A stretch of 64,000 bases of DNA from an uncultured Actinomycetes bacterium (GCA_964520325.1 CAZFOB010000001.1:193556-257555); one strand, 5' to 3'. Shown: positions 46,882-57,243, counted from the first letter of the stretch. Numbers and translations are program-made. Notes: generated from the sequence alone by a model not told the origin.

Positions 46882-48243
46882 GTGGAGGCGATAGATGGAG
46901 GGCGAAGAAAGGACTGTGCTTTGCCCTTCGAAGAACAGGTACCGATCAGTGCGCTAAGCGATCAGATCTGCGAGCTCTCCGCTCATATCGCTGCCGCAAC
47001 GTCCCGATTGCTCGTCCTGCTCGTCGAATTCGATCGGCGGACGGGATGGGCCGGAGCCGGGCTCAAGTCGTGTGCCCACTGGCTGAATTGGAAATGCGGG
47101 CTCGATCTGCGATCGGCTCGTGAATGGGTGCGCGTCGCGCATGCGCTCGAAGTCCTTCCGGTGATCTCCCTCGCGTTCTCGCGCGGTGAGCTCAGCTACT
47201 CGAAGGTGCGCGCACTCACGCGCATCGCGACCGCACAGACCGAGGACGACCTGCTCGTGTTCGCTCGCCATGGCACAGCCGCGCATCTCGAACGATTGGT
47301 GAGCGGGTATCGGAAGTGCGCCCCGATCGACCTTCAGGACGTGAACACCGCCTACGAGAAGCGCAACGTCGAGTGGCACTACGTCGAGGACGGATCGCTC
47401 CTGATCAAGGCGCGCTTGTCCGCCGAGGAAGGAGCGCTGGTAATCGAAGCGATCCAAAAGGTCCGCGAAGAGGTGCGGGCGACCAACCGAGTCCATCTGG
47501 ATGTTGCCGGAGACGGTTCCGCGGAACCGCGTCGCGACCGAGCCGACGCGCTCGTGGAGATCGCCAAGCGCGAGCTCAGTGGGGGCCAGACGCATACCGC
47601 CTCGGCCGAGCGCTATCAGGTGATGCTGCACGTCGACGCCGACGCGTTGACCGGAGGTGACGGCATCTGCTGCCTCGAGGACGGCAGTCCGTTGGCGAGT
47701 GAAACGCTCCTGCGCCTCATGTGCGACGGAGCCGTCGTTCCCGTTGTGGAGGACGCCGACGGCAACGTCCTCGACATCGGCCGCCGAACTCGGACGATTC
47801 CTCCGGCGCAGCGCCGGGCGCTCACCATCCGCGATCAGCACTGCCGGTTCCCGGGCTGTGCAAGCACGCGCTTCGTGGACGGACATCACATCGTCTCCTG
47901 GGCCCGCGGCGGGAAGACATCGCTCGACAACCTGTTACTGCTGTGCCCGTTCCATCACAGAGTCGTGCACGAGAGAGGCTTTGGCATCCGAACCGAAGCG
48001 GACGGCCAAGTTGCCTTCCTCTACCCGGACGGACGTGTTATGCAGACGGCGCCGTTCGTGGTCGAGCCGGGTGCGCTCGAGCGCAGACACGCCGAGCTCG
48101 GCCTCGGTATCGACGGTCGCACGATCACGTCCCTCTGGGGCGGCGAAAGCTGTGACTACAGCGTCGCCATCGAGTACCTGCTACGGAAGAACGTCGGTTC
48201 CGAGGAACCGCCCAGACGCGCGCCGGACGGGGTCAACGCCTAA
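46882..48243 (+). CDS. HNH endonuclease with N-terminal DUF222 domain (13E12-repeat-family-like; candidate selfish element)
   Basis: C-terminal HNH motif ([48 protein letters not shown]). DUF222-like N-terminus ([20 protein letters not shown]). Start uncertain (46786-46921). Codon usage is visibly less GC3-biased (ata, aga, gta, cta, aat, aaa) than neighbouring genes. Confidence 0.8.
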   Translation: MEAIDGGRRKDCALPFEEQVPISALSDQICELSAHIAAATSRLLVLLVEFDRRTGWAGAGLKSCAHWLNWKCGLDLRSAREWVRVAHALEVLPVISLAFSRGELSYSKVRALTRIATAQTEDDLLVFARHGTAAHLERLVSGYRKCAPIDLQDVNTAYEKRNVEWHYVEDGSLLIKARLSAEEGALVIEAIQKVREEVRATNRVHLDVAGDGSAEPRRDRADALVEIAKRELSGGQTHTASAERYQVMLHVDADALTGGDGICCLEDGSPLASETLLRLMCDGAVVPVVEDADGNVLDIGRRTRTIPPAQRRALTIRDQHCRFPGCASTRFVDGHHIVSWARGGKTSLDNLLLLCPFHHRVVHERGFGIRTEADGQVAFLYPDGRVMQTAPFVVEPGALERRHAELGLGIDGRTITSLWGGESCDYSVAIEYLLRKNVGSEEPPRRAPDGVNA

Positions 48244-48668
48244 CGCGGCATCAAGATCATCTGCGTGCATCTGAAGAGCGCGATGGTCTTTCCGGTTGCT
48301 TCCGAGGTGACCTCGGCGTCCCAGACCTGTGTGGTGCGTCCGCGATGGAAAGGATGCGCAACACAGGCCAGGTCGCCCTCGAGCGCAGTGCTGAGGAAGT
48401 TGGTCTTGAGCTCGATGGTGGTGAACCCGATCGCGCCGTCGGGCAGGTTGCGCAGGGTGCCGAAACCGCAACAACTGTCCGCGATCGAGACAACCGTTCC
48501 GCCATGCAGGAAGCCATTCGGTGCCAAGAGACGCTGTTCGATGGTCAGTCTCGCGCGAACCTCGTCGGCCCCGACCACGAGGAACTCGATGCCGAGCAGA
48601 CCGGGCAGGAACTCCCGGCCGCGTTCGTTCCACTCGGCCGGCGTTTGGGGAACATCGATCGTGCTCAT
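48240..48668 (-). CDS. PaaI-family (hotdog fold) thioesterase
   Basis: 142 aa. [29 protein letters not shown]...LHGG motif. AAGGAG SD. The track ORF 48240-49004 is an N-terminal extension artefact. Confidence 0.8.
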   Translation of the reverse strand: MSTIDVPQTPAEWNERGREFLPGLLGIEFLVVGADEVRARLTIEQRLLAPNGFLHGGTVVSIADSCCGFGTLRNLPDGAIGFTTIELKTNFLSTALEGDLACVAHPFHRGRTTQVWDAEVTSEATGKTIALFRCTQMILMPR

Positions 48669-48716
48669 CAAGATCTCCTTCGTCGGATACTCACTAACAC
48701 AGATAGGGTTGGTCGC

Positions 48717-50684
48717 ATGTCGAACCGGCTCGCGAAGCAGACCTCGCCCTACCTCCTTCAGCACGCGAACAACCCGGTCGACTGGCATCCCTGGGGCGAG
48801 GAAGCGTCTTCGAAAGCCAAGTCCGAGGACAAGCCCCTCCTGATCTCGATCGGTTACGCGGCCTGCCATTGGTGCCACGTGATGGAGCGTGAGTCCTTCG
48901 AGGACGACGCAACGGCTGCCGTCATGAACGAGCACTTCGTGAACATCAAGGTCGACCGCGAAGAGCGTCCGGACGTCGACGCGGTGTACATGGCTGCGAC
49001 GCAAGCCCTGACGGGCTCAGGCGGCTGGCCGATGACGGTGTTTTGCACACCAGAAGGCATCCCGTTCCTGGCCGGCACGTACTTCCCCCCTGAAGAGCGT
49101 CACGGGATGCCCTCGTTCCGCCGTGTGCTCGAGCAGGTGCAGCACCTGTGGACGACACGGCGATCCGACCTTCTCGCGCAAGGCACGCGCCTCGTCGAAG
49201 CCATCGAGCGCGCCACGCCGAAGGCGTCGAACGAACCGCTGCAGGCGAGCGTGCTCGCTACCGCGGCGTCACAGATCCTGGCAGGAGTCGATCGCAACCA
49301 CGGCGGGTTCGGCGCCGCGCCGAAGTTCCCGCAGGCCCCCGTGCTCGAATTCATGCTCCGCTCCTCCGGCCGTGTGCCCGGAGTGCGCGACGCGCTCGAG
49401 CTGACGCTTCGCAAGATGGCGCTCGGCGGGATGTACGACCAGATCGGCGGCGGCTTCGCGCGCTACTCGGTCGATCCCACGTGGACGATCCCCCACTTCG
49501 AGAAGATGCTCTACGACAACGCGCAGCTCGCGCGCACGTACACCCACGCGTGGCAGCTGTACAAGGTTCCCCTCTACCGGCGGATCGCAATCGAAACGCT
49601 CGAGTATCTCCTCCGCGACATGCGCGACGAGAAGGGTGGCTTCCATTCGTCGGAGGACGCCGACTCGGAAGGTGAGGAAGGCAAGTTCTACGTCTTCACC
49701 CAGGACGAGTTCATGCAGATCGCACCTGAAGCCGCCGACTACTACGGCATCACGGAGCACGGCAACTTCGAAGACGCGAGGAACAACCCGACAGCGGCCG
49801 GAGACCACCCACCGGTCGATGCGCGCGCGAAGCTCTTCGAGCATCGCGCGCACCGCATCCGTCCGGGCAAGGACGACAAAGTACTTGCCTCGTGGAACGG
49901 CCTTGCCATCGCCGCACTCGCGGAAGCCGGCGCGGCCTTCGGCCGCACCGACTTCCTCACCGCCGCTCGCTCCGCGGCCGAGTTCGTCCTGAGCGAGATG
50001 ACCGCCGCAGATCGCCTGCTCCACAGCTACCGGGGCCATGCGCAGATCCCCGGGTTCCTCGAGGACTACGCCTACCTCGCCGACGGTCTGCTCGCGCTGT
50101 GGGAGGCAACCTTCGAGCCGGCGTGGCTCGACGCGGCGAGCACACTGGCACGGCAGGCCGTCGAGCTTTTCGCCGACACAGCGGATGGCGGCTTCTTCAC
50201 CGCCGCATCCGACAACGATCTGATCGTCCGGCAGAAGGAGATCGTGGAGTCGGCCACTCCGTCGCCTGGTGCCACTCTCGCGCTCGTGCTGCAACGGCTC
50301 GCACACCTCTACGACGACCAAAGCATCGCCAAGCCGGCCGTCGACTCACTCCGCATCGCGCTCAGATACATGCAGCAGGCAGCCCAGGCCGTTGCGACCT
50401 GGCTCTGCGCCCTCGACTTCTACGTGGCGACGCCGAAGGAGATCGCATTCACCGGTCCCGTCGATGACGAGGCCACCGGTGAGCTCATGGGTGAGCTCAT
50501 GGGCGTGGTGAACACTCGGTTCATCCCGAACCGGGTCATGGCCGGCGGGAGCAACGGCAACAGCAAGATCGCGCTGCTACGCGATAAACCGCAGACGGCT
50601 GTACCGACGGCATACGTGTGCGAGAGCTTCGTCTGCAAGGCTCCGACGTCCGATCCGCTCGAGCTGGCACGCCAGCTCGGCTGA
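48717..50684 (+). CDS. Thioredoxin-domain protein of the YyaL/DUF255 family (N-terminal Trx-like + six-hairpin glycosidase-like domain)
   Basis: 655 aa from [30 protein letters not shown]...[19 protein letters not shown] (CxxC). Carries a 12-bp tandem duplication. Confidence 0.85.
   Translation: MSNRLAKQTSPYLLQHANNPVDWHPWGEEASSKAKSEDKPLLISIGYAACHWCHVMERESFEDDATAAVMNEHFVNIKVDREERPDVDAVYMAATQALTGSGGWPMTVFCTPEGIPFLAGTYFPPEERHGMPSFRRVLEQVQHLWTTRRSDLLAQGTRLVEAIERATPKASNEPLQASVLATAASQILAGVDRNHGGFGAAPKFPQAPVLEFMLRSSGRVPGVRDALELTLRKMALGGMYDQIGGGFARYSVDPTWTIPHFEKMLYDNAQLARTYTHAWQLYKVPLYRRIAIETLEYLLRDMRDEKGGFHSSEDADSEGEEGKFYVFTQDEFMQIAPEAADYYGITEHGNFEDARNNPTAAGDHPPVDARAKLFEHRAHRIRPGKDDKVLASWNGLAIAALAEAGAAFGRTDFLTAARSAAEFVLSEMTAADRLLHSYRGHAQIPGFLEDYAYLADGLLALWEATFEPAWLDAASTLARQAVELFADTADGGFFTAASDNDLIVRQKEIVESATPSPGATLALVLQRLAHLYDDQSIAKPAVDSLRIALRYMQQAAQAVATWLCALDFYVATPKEIAFTGPVDDEATGELMGELMGVVNTRFIPNRVMAGGSNGNSKIALLRDKPQTAVPTAYVCESFVCKAPTSDPLELARQLG
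50478..50501. repeat. 12-bp perfect tandem duplication (GGTGAGCTCATG x2) in the YyaL-family gene (ELMG ELMG)
   Basis: Direct reading of 50478-50501; in frame. Confidence 0.9.
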
Positions 50685-50699
50685 GAACGGCCTCGCTCG

Positions 50700-51296
50700 T
50701 CAGCTCGACTGATCGCCGACGAGGTTCACCCGGTCGCCTCGGATCTCGATAACACCGCTCGAAGCCTCGAACCACCGTCCCTCGAGGTTGCGCACGCCGA
50801 CTCCCGGATGCACATCGAGGTGGCGTTCGATCGCGCCGATCGCGCCGCCGTGGGTCACGACCAGGAGTTCGCCGGACTGATAGAGCGACGTCAACACGTC
50901 GAGCGCCGCGAGCACGCGTATGCGGAAGGCTTCGCGGGCCTCGCCGGTAGGAAAGACGCGTAAGCTACCGCCTCGGAGCGCCGCCCATTCGTCCGGGAAC
51001 CTCTCCGCGATCTCGTCGTTCGTGAGGCCGGAGAAGCCACCGACGTCGATCTCGCGCAGGTCGTTCTCCACATGCACAGTTCCGTCGCCGAGCTCGTCCG
51101 CGATGATCTCCGCGGTTTGGCGGGCGCGCAAGAGCGGAGAAGCGATGAACGACCCGCTGAACCCGTCCAGTCGATCGGCGGCCAGACGAGCCTCTTCGCG
51201 TCCGGAGGAGGAGAGAGGTGGGTCAGCTTGCCCCTGCCAGCGGCCCTGCGCGTTCCATTCGGATTGCCCGTGACGCACGAGAAACAGGCGCGTCAT
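50700..51296 (-). CDS. Histidine phosphatase family protein (phosphoglycerate-mutase-like)
   Basis: 198 aa. MTRLFLVRHGQSEWN (RHG catalytic motif). Confidence 0.8.
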   Translation of the reverse strand: MTRLFLVRHGQSEWNAQGRWQGQADPPLSSSGREEARLAADRLDGFSGSFIASPLLRARQTAEIIADELGDGTVHVENDLREIDVGGFSGLTNDEIAERFPDEWAALRGGSLRVFPTGEAREAFRIRVLAALDVLTSLYQSGELLVVTHGGAIGAIERHLDVHPGVGVRNLEGRWFEASSGVIEIRGDRVNLVGDQSS

Positions 51297-51312
51297 AGGC
51301 TGACGCTTGAGA

Positions 51313-52173
51313 TTACGACTGACACTGCGGACAGAAGTAGTGCGAGCGCTGGCCGACACGCATCTTCTCGATCGGTGTCCGGCATCGCCGGCACGGCTCG
51401 CCTTCCCTGCCGTGGACGAGCAGGCCGTTCTGGTGCTCTCCGGGCTCGTCGTACAGGTCGCGCCACTCCCCGTCGGACAGCGTCGTGCCGCGGTTCTTGA
51501 TCGCATCCTGCAACACCTCGCCAACCGACCGCGAGAGCCGGCGCACCTCGTTCGACGTCAGCGAATCGGAGGTCCTGTCCCATGGGAGTCCGGCCTGGAA
51601 CAGCACTTCGTCCGAGTAGATGTTGCCGAGTCCGGCGATGAACTCCTGGTCCATCAACAACGACTTCATCTTCATCTTGCGCTGGCTGACCATTTCGCCG
51701 AACAGCTGCCATGGGATCTGGTCGTTGATCGCGTCGAGACCGAGACCGTCCATCGCCTCTGCGTACGCCTCGGCCTCGGCAACGAAGCACTCACCGAAGC
51801 GGCGAGTGTCGAAGAACCGCACGTCCCCGCCCTGCGAGAAGTGGATGATGACGTGCGTGTGCTTGTCGGGCGCGCGCCTGGCTGTGGCTTTCACCAGATG
51901 CCCGGACATCCCGAGGTGCACCACGAGGTAGTTCTTATTGTCGAGCTCGAACGCGAGGTACTTCCCCTTGCGTTGGACGGATTTGACCTTTCCGCCGGCA
52001 ACCTGCTTATCGAATTCCTTCGGCGCGATCGCACGTTTGGTCACGCGTTTGCCGCTCGGCTTCGCTTCCTTGACGTACTGGCGCGTCTTCACCTCGGTCG
52101 CACGGATGCGCTTACCGACATACTCCTTCTCGAGCTGACGCCGAAGTGTTTCGACTTCCGGTAGCTCAGGCAT
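51313..52173 (-). CDS. mutM: Formamidopyrimidine-DNA glycosylase
   Basis: 286 aa from MPELPEVE (Pro2 nucleophile), H2TH domain, C-terminal zinc finger CRRCRTPIEKMRVGQRSHYFCPQCQ. Confidence 0.9.
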   Translation of the reverse strand: MPELPEVETLRRQLEKEYVGKRIRATEVKTRQYVKEAKPSGKRVTKRAIAPKEFDKQVAGGKVKSVQRKGKYLAFELDNKNYLVVHLGMSGHLVKATARRAPDKHTHVIIHFSQGGDVRFFDTRRFGECFVAEAEAYAEAMDGLGLDAINDQIPWQLFGEMVSQRKMKMKSLLMDQEFIAGLGNIYSDEVLFQAGLPWDRTSDSLTSNEVRRLSRSVGEVLQDAIKNRGTTLSDGEWRDLYDEPGEHQNGLLVHGREGEPCRRCRTPIEKMRVGQRSHYFCPQCQS

Positions 52174-52963
52174 CAGCAGCCTCCTCTTCAAGGGATGCAT
52201 CTCGCGGCGCATCCTCTTCTGATCGCAATCGGATCAATGCCTCGCCCGCCGCCGCCTGCTCGGCTTCCTTCTTCGAACGACCCTCGCCCGCCCCGCAAGA
52301 CTCGTCGTTCACGATGACCTCGGCACGGAATCGCTTCGCGTGGTCGGGCCCGGAACCGGTCACGCGGTAGCGCGGCAGCATCGCGTACTTACGCGTCACG
52401 ATCTCCTGCAGACGCGTCTTGGCGTCCTTCGGGATCTCCGCGCCGACCGCAGCATCGATCCGAGAACGGAACAACCTGCCCACGAGCTTCCGGATCGCCG
52501 AGATCCCGCCGTCGAGATACACCGCTCCGAGCACGGCCTCGAGTGCGTCGGCTTTGATCGACGGTTTATCGCGCCCGCCGCTCTGGGCCTCACCACGTCC
52601 GAGCCTGATCGCCTCACCGAGGTCGAGCTCGCCGGCGACCAAGGCCAGTGCGGGCTCTGAAACGAGCGACGCCCGCAACTTCGCGAGGTCGCCCTCGAAG
52701 TAGTCGGGAAACTTTGCGTACAACAGATCGGTGACGCACAGGTTGAGGATCGCGTCGCCCAAGAACTCCATGCGCTCGTTCGTCTCGAGGACATCCTTCT
52801 CGTAGGCGTACGACCTGTGAGTCAAGGCAAGATCGAGCAGGGCGTGGTCCTTGAACCGCACGCCGAGCCGTTCTTCGAGCAATACGCGGGCGCCGTCCAT
52901 ATCAGGAAGTGCCGGATCTTGATCCTGCTGATCCTTAGGCAGCGCGCCGACTGCCTCAGTCAT
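52166..52963 (-). CDS. rnc: Ribonuclease III
   Basis: 265 aa. ERLEFLGDAIL catalytic signature, C-terminal dsRBD. 8-nt overlap with mutM. Confidence 0.95.
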   Translation of the reverse strand: MTEAVGALPKDQQDQDPALPDMDGARVLLEERLGVRFKDHALLDLALTHRSYAYEKDVLETNERMEFLGDAILNLCVTDLLYAKFPDYFEGDLAKLRASLVSEPALALVAGELDLGEAIRLGRGEAQSGGRDKPSIKADALEAVLGAVYLDGGISAIRKLVGRLFRSRIDAAVGAEIPKDAKTRLQEIVTRKYAMLPRYRVTGSGPDHAKRFRAEVIVNDESCGAGEGRSKKEAEQAAAGEALIRLRSEEDAPRDASLEEEAADA

Positions 52964-52983
52964 CCGCCGTAACGACTCCTTCT

Positions 52984-53008
52984 CGGGCTCGCCTGACGGC
53001 CGAGCCCG
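52984..53008 (-). terminator. Stem-loop (8-bp GC stem CGGGCTCG/CGAGCCCG, 9-nt loop) between acpP and rnc; possible partial terminator/attenuator, no U-tract
   Basis: Inverted repeat read directly. It sits immediately 3' of the acpP stop and about 20 nt 5' of the rnc SD. Confidence 0.25.
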
Positions 53009-53010
53009 GA

Positions 53011-53262
53011 CTACGTGGTGGCGGAGACCCTTCCGGCGACGAAGTCGACGGCATCCCCTACGGTGCGGATGCCCTCGAGTTCCTCGTCTGGGATCTCCAG
53101 GGACAGCTCCTCCTCGAGCGACATCGCCAGCTCGACCAGGTCGAGCGAATCGGCCTCGAGGTCTTCTTCAAGTCTGGTTTCAAGCTTGATCGAGTCGGGG
53201 TCGCACTCGATGAGCTCGGCCAAGCGACCGCGGATGAGGATGAAGACTTCGTCTTTCGTCAC
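53011..53262 (-). CDS. acpP: Acyl carrier protein
   Basis: 83 aa. [11 protein letters not shown] phosphopantetheine-attachment motif. Confidence 0.95.
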   Translation of the reverse strand: MTKDEVFILIRGRLAELIECDPDSIKLETRLEEDLEADSLDLVELAMSLEEELSLEIPDEELEGIRTVGDAVDFVAGRVSATT

Positions 53263-53264
53263 TT

Positions 53265-54326
53265 CTACTCCTTCTCAGCAGCCAACGACTGCTCGATCTC
53301 GCCGACAAGTCCTGCCTCTACGGTCTGCGAGGCGATCCGGATGGCCGCTCGAGTGGCTTCTGCGCTCGAGCTGCCGTGTCCGATTATACAAACCCCTCTG
53401 ACCCCCAAGAGGTGGGCGCCACCATGGGTTTCAGGACTCAGCGTAGACGCCAGGCCCATCAGAGCCGGCATCACCACCTTCGCGGCCTCCTTGGCTTCGT
53501 CACAAGCCGAGAAGATGCCGAGGAGCTGCTCGAACAGGAACTTCCCGAACCCCTCCAGCAGCTTGAGCGCGACGTTGCCGGTAAAGCCGTCTGTGACCAC
53601 CACGTCGACGCGGTCGGTTGGGACATCCCCGCCCTCGACGTTGCCGATGAAATTGAGCTTGGACGCTGAGAGCAGCTCGTAGGCCGACTTGACCAGGGCG
53701 TTTCCCTTCCCCGGCTCTTCGCCGACCGAGAGCAGGCCGACGCGGGGCGAGGCAAGCCCCAGGCGGATACGGGCGAAGCTCGCGCCGAGCAGCCCGAAAC
53801 CCACCAGATGCTCCGGACGGACGTCGGCGTTCGCGCCGGCGTCCACAAGCACCGTCGGTGCGTCGGGGAACGGCAAGATGACGCCGATCGCCGGGCGGGC
53901 TACGCCGCGGATGCGTCCGGTTTCAAGGACCGCTGCGGCCAGGGCAGCCCCGGTCGAGCCGGCCGAGAAGACGGCGTCGGCTCGGCCCTCTTTGACCAAC
54001 CGTGACGCCACACCGATGGACGAGTCGCGCTTCTTGCGGATGGCGCGCGCCGGATCATGCTCGTCCATCGCGATGACCTCGGGAGCGTCGACGATCTCGA
54101 GCACCTCGCTCGGCGATGCGCCGGCTTCTGCCAGGGCTTTCTCGATCTCGTCTGGGCGACCAACGAGCAGGACGTGCGCACGGTCCTCTTCGGCGGCCGC
54201 TGCGGCGCCGGCGACGATCTGTTGTGGCGCAAGATCGCCCCCCATCGCGTCGACGGCGACGCGAACGAGGCTCCCCGCGCCGCCCGAACTCTGCGGGGCC
54301 GCGCGGTTGTTGCTCTGCTTAGTCAA
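53265..54326 (-). CDS. plsX: Phosphate acyltransferase PlsX
   Basis: 353 aa from TTG (MTKQSNN...[15 protein letters not shown]). The track ORF extends to 54374 and would overlap rpmF by 56 nt; the TTG start gives an 8-nt overlap. Confidence 0.85.
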   Translation of the reverse strand: MTKQSNNRAAPQSSGGAGSLVRVAVDAMGGDLAPQQIVAGAAAAAEEDRAHVLLVGRPDEIEKALAEAGASPSEVLEIVDAPEVIAMDEHDPARAIRKKRDSSIGVASRLVKEGRADAVFSAGSTGAALAAAVLETGRIRGVARPAIGVILPFPDAPTVLVDAGANADVRPEHLVGFGLLGASFARIRLGLASPRVGLLSVGEEPGKGNALVKSAYELLSASKLNFIGNVEGGDVPTDRVDVVVTDGFTGNVALKLLEGFGKFLFEQLLGIFSACDEAKEAAKVVMPALMGLASTLSPETHGGAHLLGVRGVCIIGHGSSSAEATRAAIRIASQTVEAGLVGEIEQSLAAEKE

Positions 54327-54498
54327 GCTGGAGGACGTCCCGGCCCTTGTACGTGCCGCAATGCGGACACACACGGTGCGGGAGCTTCGGCTTGCTGCAC
54401 TGGGGGCAGCTCGAGTTGGGCGCCACAGCGACCTTCTTCCAGTGCGCGCGACGGTCGTCGCGCCGTGCCGAGGTCTTACGTCGTTTGGGGGCCTGCAT
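54319..54498 (-). CDS. rpmF: 50S ribosomal protein L32
   Basis: 59 aa MQAPKRRKTSARRDDRRAHWK...CPQC...CPHCGTYKGRDVL (zinc-ribbon L32). Confidence 0.9.
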   Translation of the reverse strand: MQAPKRRKTSARRDDRRAHWKKVAVAPNSSCPQCSKPKLPHRVCPHCGTYKGRDVLQLD

Positions 54499-54569
54499 GA
54501 TGAAGAACCTTTCCTTTCCGAGGGCCCAGGGGGCCAGGGGGCCCGGGGGAACGGCGGAACGGGAAGTCC

Positions 54570-55076
54570 CTAGTTTAACCCACCCAGCTCGCGGAGCGCC
54601 GACCACCGTGGATCGCCCTCTTCTGGGCAATCACAGGCGCTCTCGTTGAGGTCGGCGCCGCAACGGCTGCACAGGCCGGCGCAATCCGGCCGGCACAAGG
54701 GGTCGGTGGACATCGCGAGCGCCACGGTGTCGCGTGTCATCGGTTCGAGGTCGATCGTCGAGTCCTTGATGACGTAACCCTCTTCCCAGACGTCGGTAGC
54801 GGGACGGTAGAGCTCGGCTCCTTCGAACCGAAAGGGCAGCATGAGCGCTGTAAGGCATCGTTTGCACTCGCCCTTCATCGTGCCCGCCAAGACCCCGCGC
54901 GCGAGCACGCCGCCGTCGATAGCCTCGAGGATCAGGTCGAAATCGACCTCGCCGACCACCTCAACCAAACCGGAAACGAGGTCCGGTACCGGCGCGACGA
55001 AGCTGAGCGGACGCTGAACTCCTGGAGATTCCAGGAGCTCACGGACGTCGAGAACGAGGGGAGAATGCGTACGCAC
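54570..55076 (-). CDS. yceD: YceD/DUF177 family protein (large-subunit rRNA accumulation protein)
   Basis: 168 aa with C-terminal CxxC...CxxC (CKRCL...CSRCGADLNESACDC), typical of YceD upstream of rpmF. Confidence 0.8.
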   Translation of the reverse strand: MRTHSPLVLDVRELLESPGVQRPLSFVAPVPDLVSGLVEVVGEVDFDLILEAIDGGVLARGVLAGTMKGECKRCLTALMLPFRFEGAELYRPATDVWEEGYVIKDSTIDLEPMTRDTVALAMSTDPLCRPDCAGLCSRCGADLNESACDCPEEGDPRWSALRELGGLN

Positions 55077-55111
55077 GTCACACGATCGTACTGAGTCGGG
55101 CGTATTCGGAC

Positions 55112-55639
55112 TTATTCGGGCCGGGGGAGTGGTCCCGAGATCTCTCCAGAGTCCTCGAGCTCGAGCGGCTCGGGCACCCCGGTGTGTGCCTCCATACGCC
55201 GCCGAAGCTGTTCGCGCCCCTTGCCGATCGTCCGTTGCAGCTTGTCCAAGATGATCTCGACGTTCGCCATCTTTGCGTCGATGTAGTCGTCGGCCTGGTG
55301 AGCGATCTTCTCTGCCTCGGCTTGAGCCTCGGCCACGATCCGCTCAGCCTCGGTGTCGGCGGCGAGGACCACCTCGGCCCGAGACAGCAGCCGCGACCGC
55401 TCCTCCCTGGCCTGCTCGACGATGAAGGCGCGCTGCTCGTGGGCTTCGGTGAGGATCCTCTCCCGCTCGTCCATCACGGCACGCGCTTGCTCGTGCTCGG
55501 CGGGAAGCGCGTCGCGGACCTGCTTGATCAAGGCGATCGCGTCCTGGCGCGGGATCACCGCCGAGGAGGACAGCGGGACGCTGCGCGCCTCGGCCACGAG
55601 TTGCTCGAGGGCCTCGAGGGCTTCCATATAGGTCGTCAT
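55112..55639 (-). CDS. Hypothetical coiled-coil protein (Ala/Glu/Arg-rich)
   Basis: 175 aa. Heptad-like EA/ER repeats; ATG shares one nucleotide with the coaD stop. Confidence 0.45.
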   Translation of the reverse strand: MTTYMEALEALEQLVAEARSVPLSSSAVIPRQDAIALIKQVRDALPAEHEQARAVMDERERILTEAHEQRAFIVEQAREERSRLLSRAEVVLAADTEAERIVAEAQAEAEKIAHQADDYIDAKMANVEIILDKLQRTIGKGREQLRRRMEAHTGVPEPLELEDSGEISGPLPRPE

Positions 55640-56118
55640 CAGTCGAGTTTCTCCTTGAGCCGCTTCTCGACGACGAGCGGCACCAGTCCGTTGATGTCGC
55701 CCCCGAGGGAGACGACCTCCTTCATGAGGGTCGACGAGAGATACGTGTACTCGGGGCTCGCCGGGAGGAACACCGTCTCAACGCCCATCCGCGCATTCAT
55801 GTGAGCCATCTGCATCTCGTAGTCGAAGTCACTCACAGCGCGGATCCCCTTGACGACGCAGTCGGCGGAGACGTCCCGGCACAAGTCCACGAGCAGCCCG
55901 TCGAACGTGGTAACGGCGATGCCTTCGAGATGCGATGTCACGTCCGTGATGAGCGCGATCCGCTCGTCCAACGTGAACAACGGCTGCTTGTTCGGATTCG
56001 AGGGTGCCGAGGACACGGCAACGACCAGCTCGTCGAACGCCTTGACCGCGCGGTCGATCACGTCGAGGTGTCCGTTCGTGATGGGGTCGAACGATCCCGG
56101 GTACACAGCCTTTCTCAC
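55639..56118 (-). CDS. coaD: Phosphopantetheine adenylyltransferase
   Basis: 159 aa. AVYPGSFDPITNGHLDVI (T/HxGH motif). Confidence 0.95.
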   Translation of the reverse strand: MRKAVYPGSFDPITNGHLDVIDRAVKAFDELVVAVSSAPSNPNKQPLFTLDERIALITDVTSHLEGIAVTTFDGLLVDLCRDVSADCVVKGIRAVSDFDYEMQMAHMNARMGVETVFLPASPEYTYLSSTLMKEVVSLGGDINGLVPLVVEKRLKEKLD

Positions 56119-56702
56119 GACTGGAGATCCATATCCGTCTCCCCTGCTCTATAGATGAGAATCCGAGTATCCCCGTAACGGCGGTCGGCTTCCACAACCA
56201 GGCCCGCTGCGGCGGGGGCTGGCACATCTCTCCACCGGCACTCGAGCACCACCGCGCCGTCCGGCTCCAGGTGGGGGCCGAGGACCTCGAGCACCGCTGC
56301 GACCGGCTCGTCGTAGGGCGGGTCGATGAACACGAGGTCGAAGGGGCCGTCCTTGCGGGCCCCACCTTTGAGGTACCGGACGACCGGAGCCTGGCGCACC
56401 TTCACGTCATCGCCCCCCCCGGCCACCTTCGCATTGTCGCGGCATGCCTGCGCGGCTTCACGGCTCGAATCGACGAGCACCGCCAGACACGCACCGCGAG
56501 AGACCGCTTCCAGGCCATAGGCACCGGAGCCGGCGTACAGGTCGAGGACTCGAGCGTCCGGCAAGCGGTGGGCGATCGAGGCGAAGACCGCTTGGCGAAC
56601 CCGCTCGCTCGCCGGCCTGATGCCCTTCGGGACCTTGAGCTTGATGCCCCGAGCATCCCCCCCAGAGATCCTCACCGGGAGCCACGGCTGGCCGATCCAC
56701 AC
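56115..56702 (-). CDS. rsmD: 16S rRNA (guanine966-N2)-methyltransferase
   Basis: 195 aa (or 186 aa from GTG at 56675). VLDLYAGSGAYGLEAVSRGA and FIDPPY motifs. Confidence 0.9.
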   Translation of the reverse strand: MWIGQPWLPVRISGGDARGIKLKVPKGIRPASERVRQAVFASIAHRLPDARVLDLYAGSGAYGLEAVSRGACLAVLVDSSREAAQACRDNAKVAGGGDDVKVRQAPVVRYLKGGARKDGPFDLVFIDPPYDEPVAAVLEVLGPHLEPDGAVVLECRWRDVPAPAAAGLVVEADRRYGDTRILIYRAGETDMDLQS

Positions 56703-56714
56703 CTGCTATGCGAG

Positions 56715-57038
56715 TTACTCAGCAAGGTGACGGACCTCGCCGGGTGCTACGGCAGCGATGGCTTCAAGTGTCTGCGGCAAGATCGCGACAAGGTCTCTGA
56801 GTTGATTGGTCGGCGCGTCGAGCACAACGATGCCGAGCCGAAGTTCGAGCAGGTTCTGCTGGTGCTCGATGCTGCGATCGTTGGTTACCAGCACCTCGAA
56901 ACCAGCTTCCGCCGCCAAGGCGAGCAGAGCACCGTTCTTCTTGCCAGTCCAGCCCTCTCGGCGGACCGTCGAGACCTCGTGTCCGACGAGCTCGCGCGCC
57001 AAGCGGAGTGGCACGTGCTCGTCAAGCAGGACTCGCAC
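56715..57038 (-). CDS. DUF5615-family PIN-like protein (putative toxin of a DUF433/DUF5615 pair)
   Basis: 107 aa. MRVLLDEHVPLRLARELVGHEV...VLVTNDRS matches the DUF5615 pattern. Confidence 0.75.
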   Translation of the reverse strand: MRVLLDEHVPLRLARELVGHEVSTVRREGWTGKKNGALLALAAEAGFEVLVTNDRSIEHQQNLLELRLGIVVLDAPTNQLRDLVAILPQTLEAIAAVAPGEVRHLAE

Positions 57039-57243
57039 GCGGTACCGAGGTCCCTAACTCCTCCAAGACCGCGACGACCTGCTCCCGGGTCACCGACGGG
57101 AAGTCCTCGAGGAACTCCTCGAGGCTGTAGTTGCCTTCGAGGTAGTCGATGAGATTACGCAGAGGGACCCTGGTGCCAATGAAGACCGGCTTGCCGCCCA
57201 GAATCTCTGGGTCGGAGTGAACCGTCGAACCTAGACCGCTCAT
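57022..57243 (-). CDS. DUF433-domain protein (putative antitoxin partner)
   Basis: 73 aa from MSGLGSTVHSDPEILGGKPVFIGTRVPL...FLEDFPSVTREQV (DUF433 signature DPxILGGKPxIxGTR). 17-nt overlap with the DUF5615 gene. Confidence 0.75.
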   Translation of the reverse strand: MSGLGSTVHSDPEILGGKPVFIGTRVPLRNLIDYLEGNYSLEEFLEDFPSVTREQVVAVLEELGTSVPRASPA

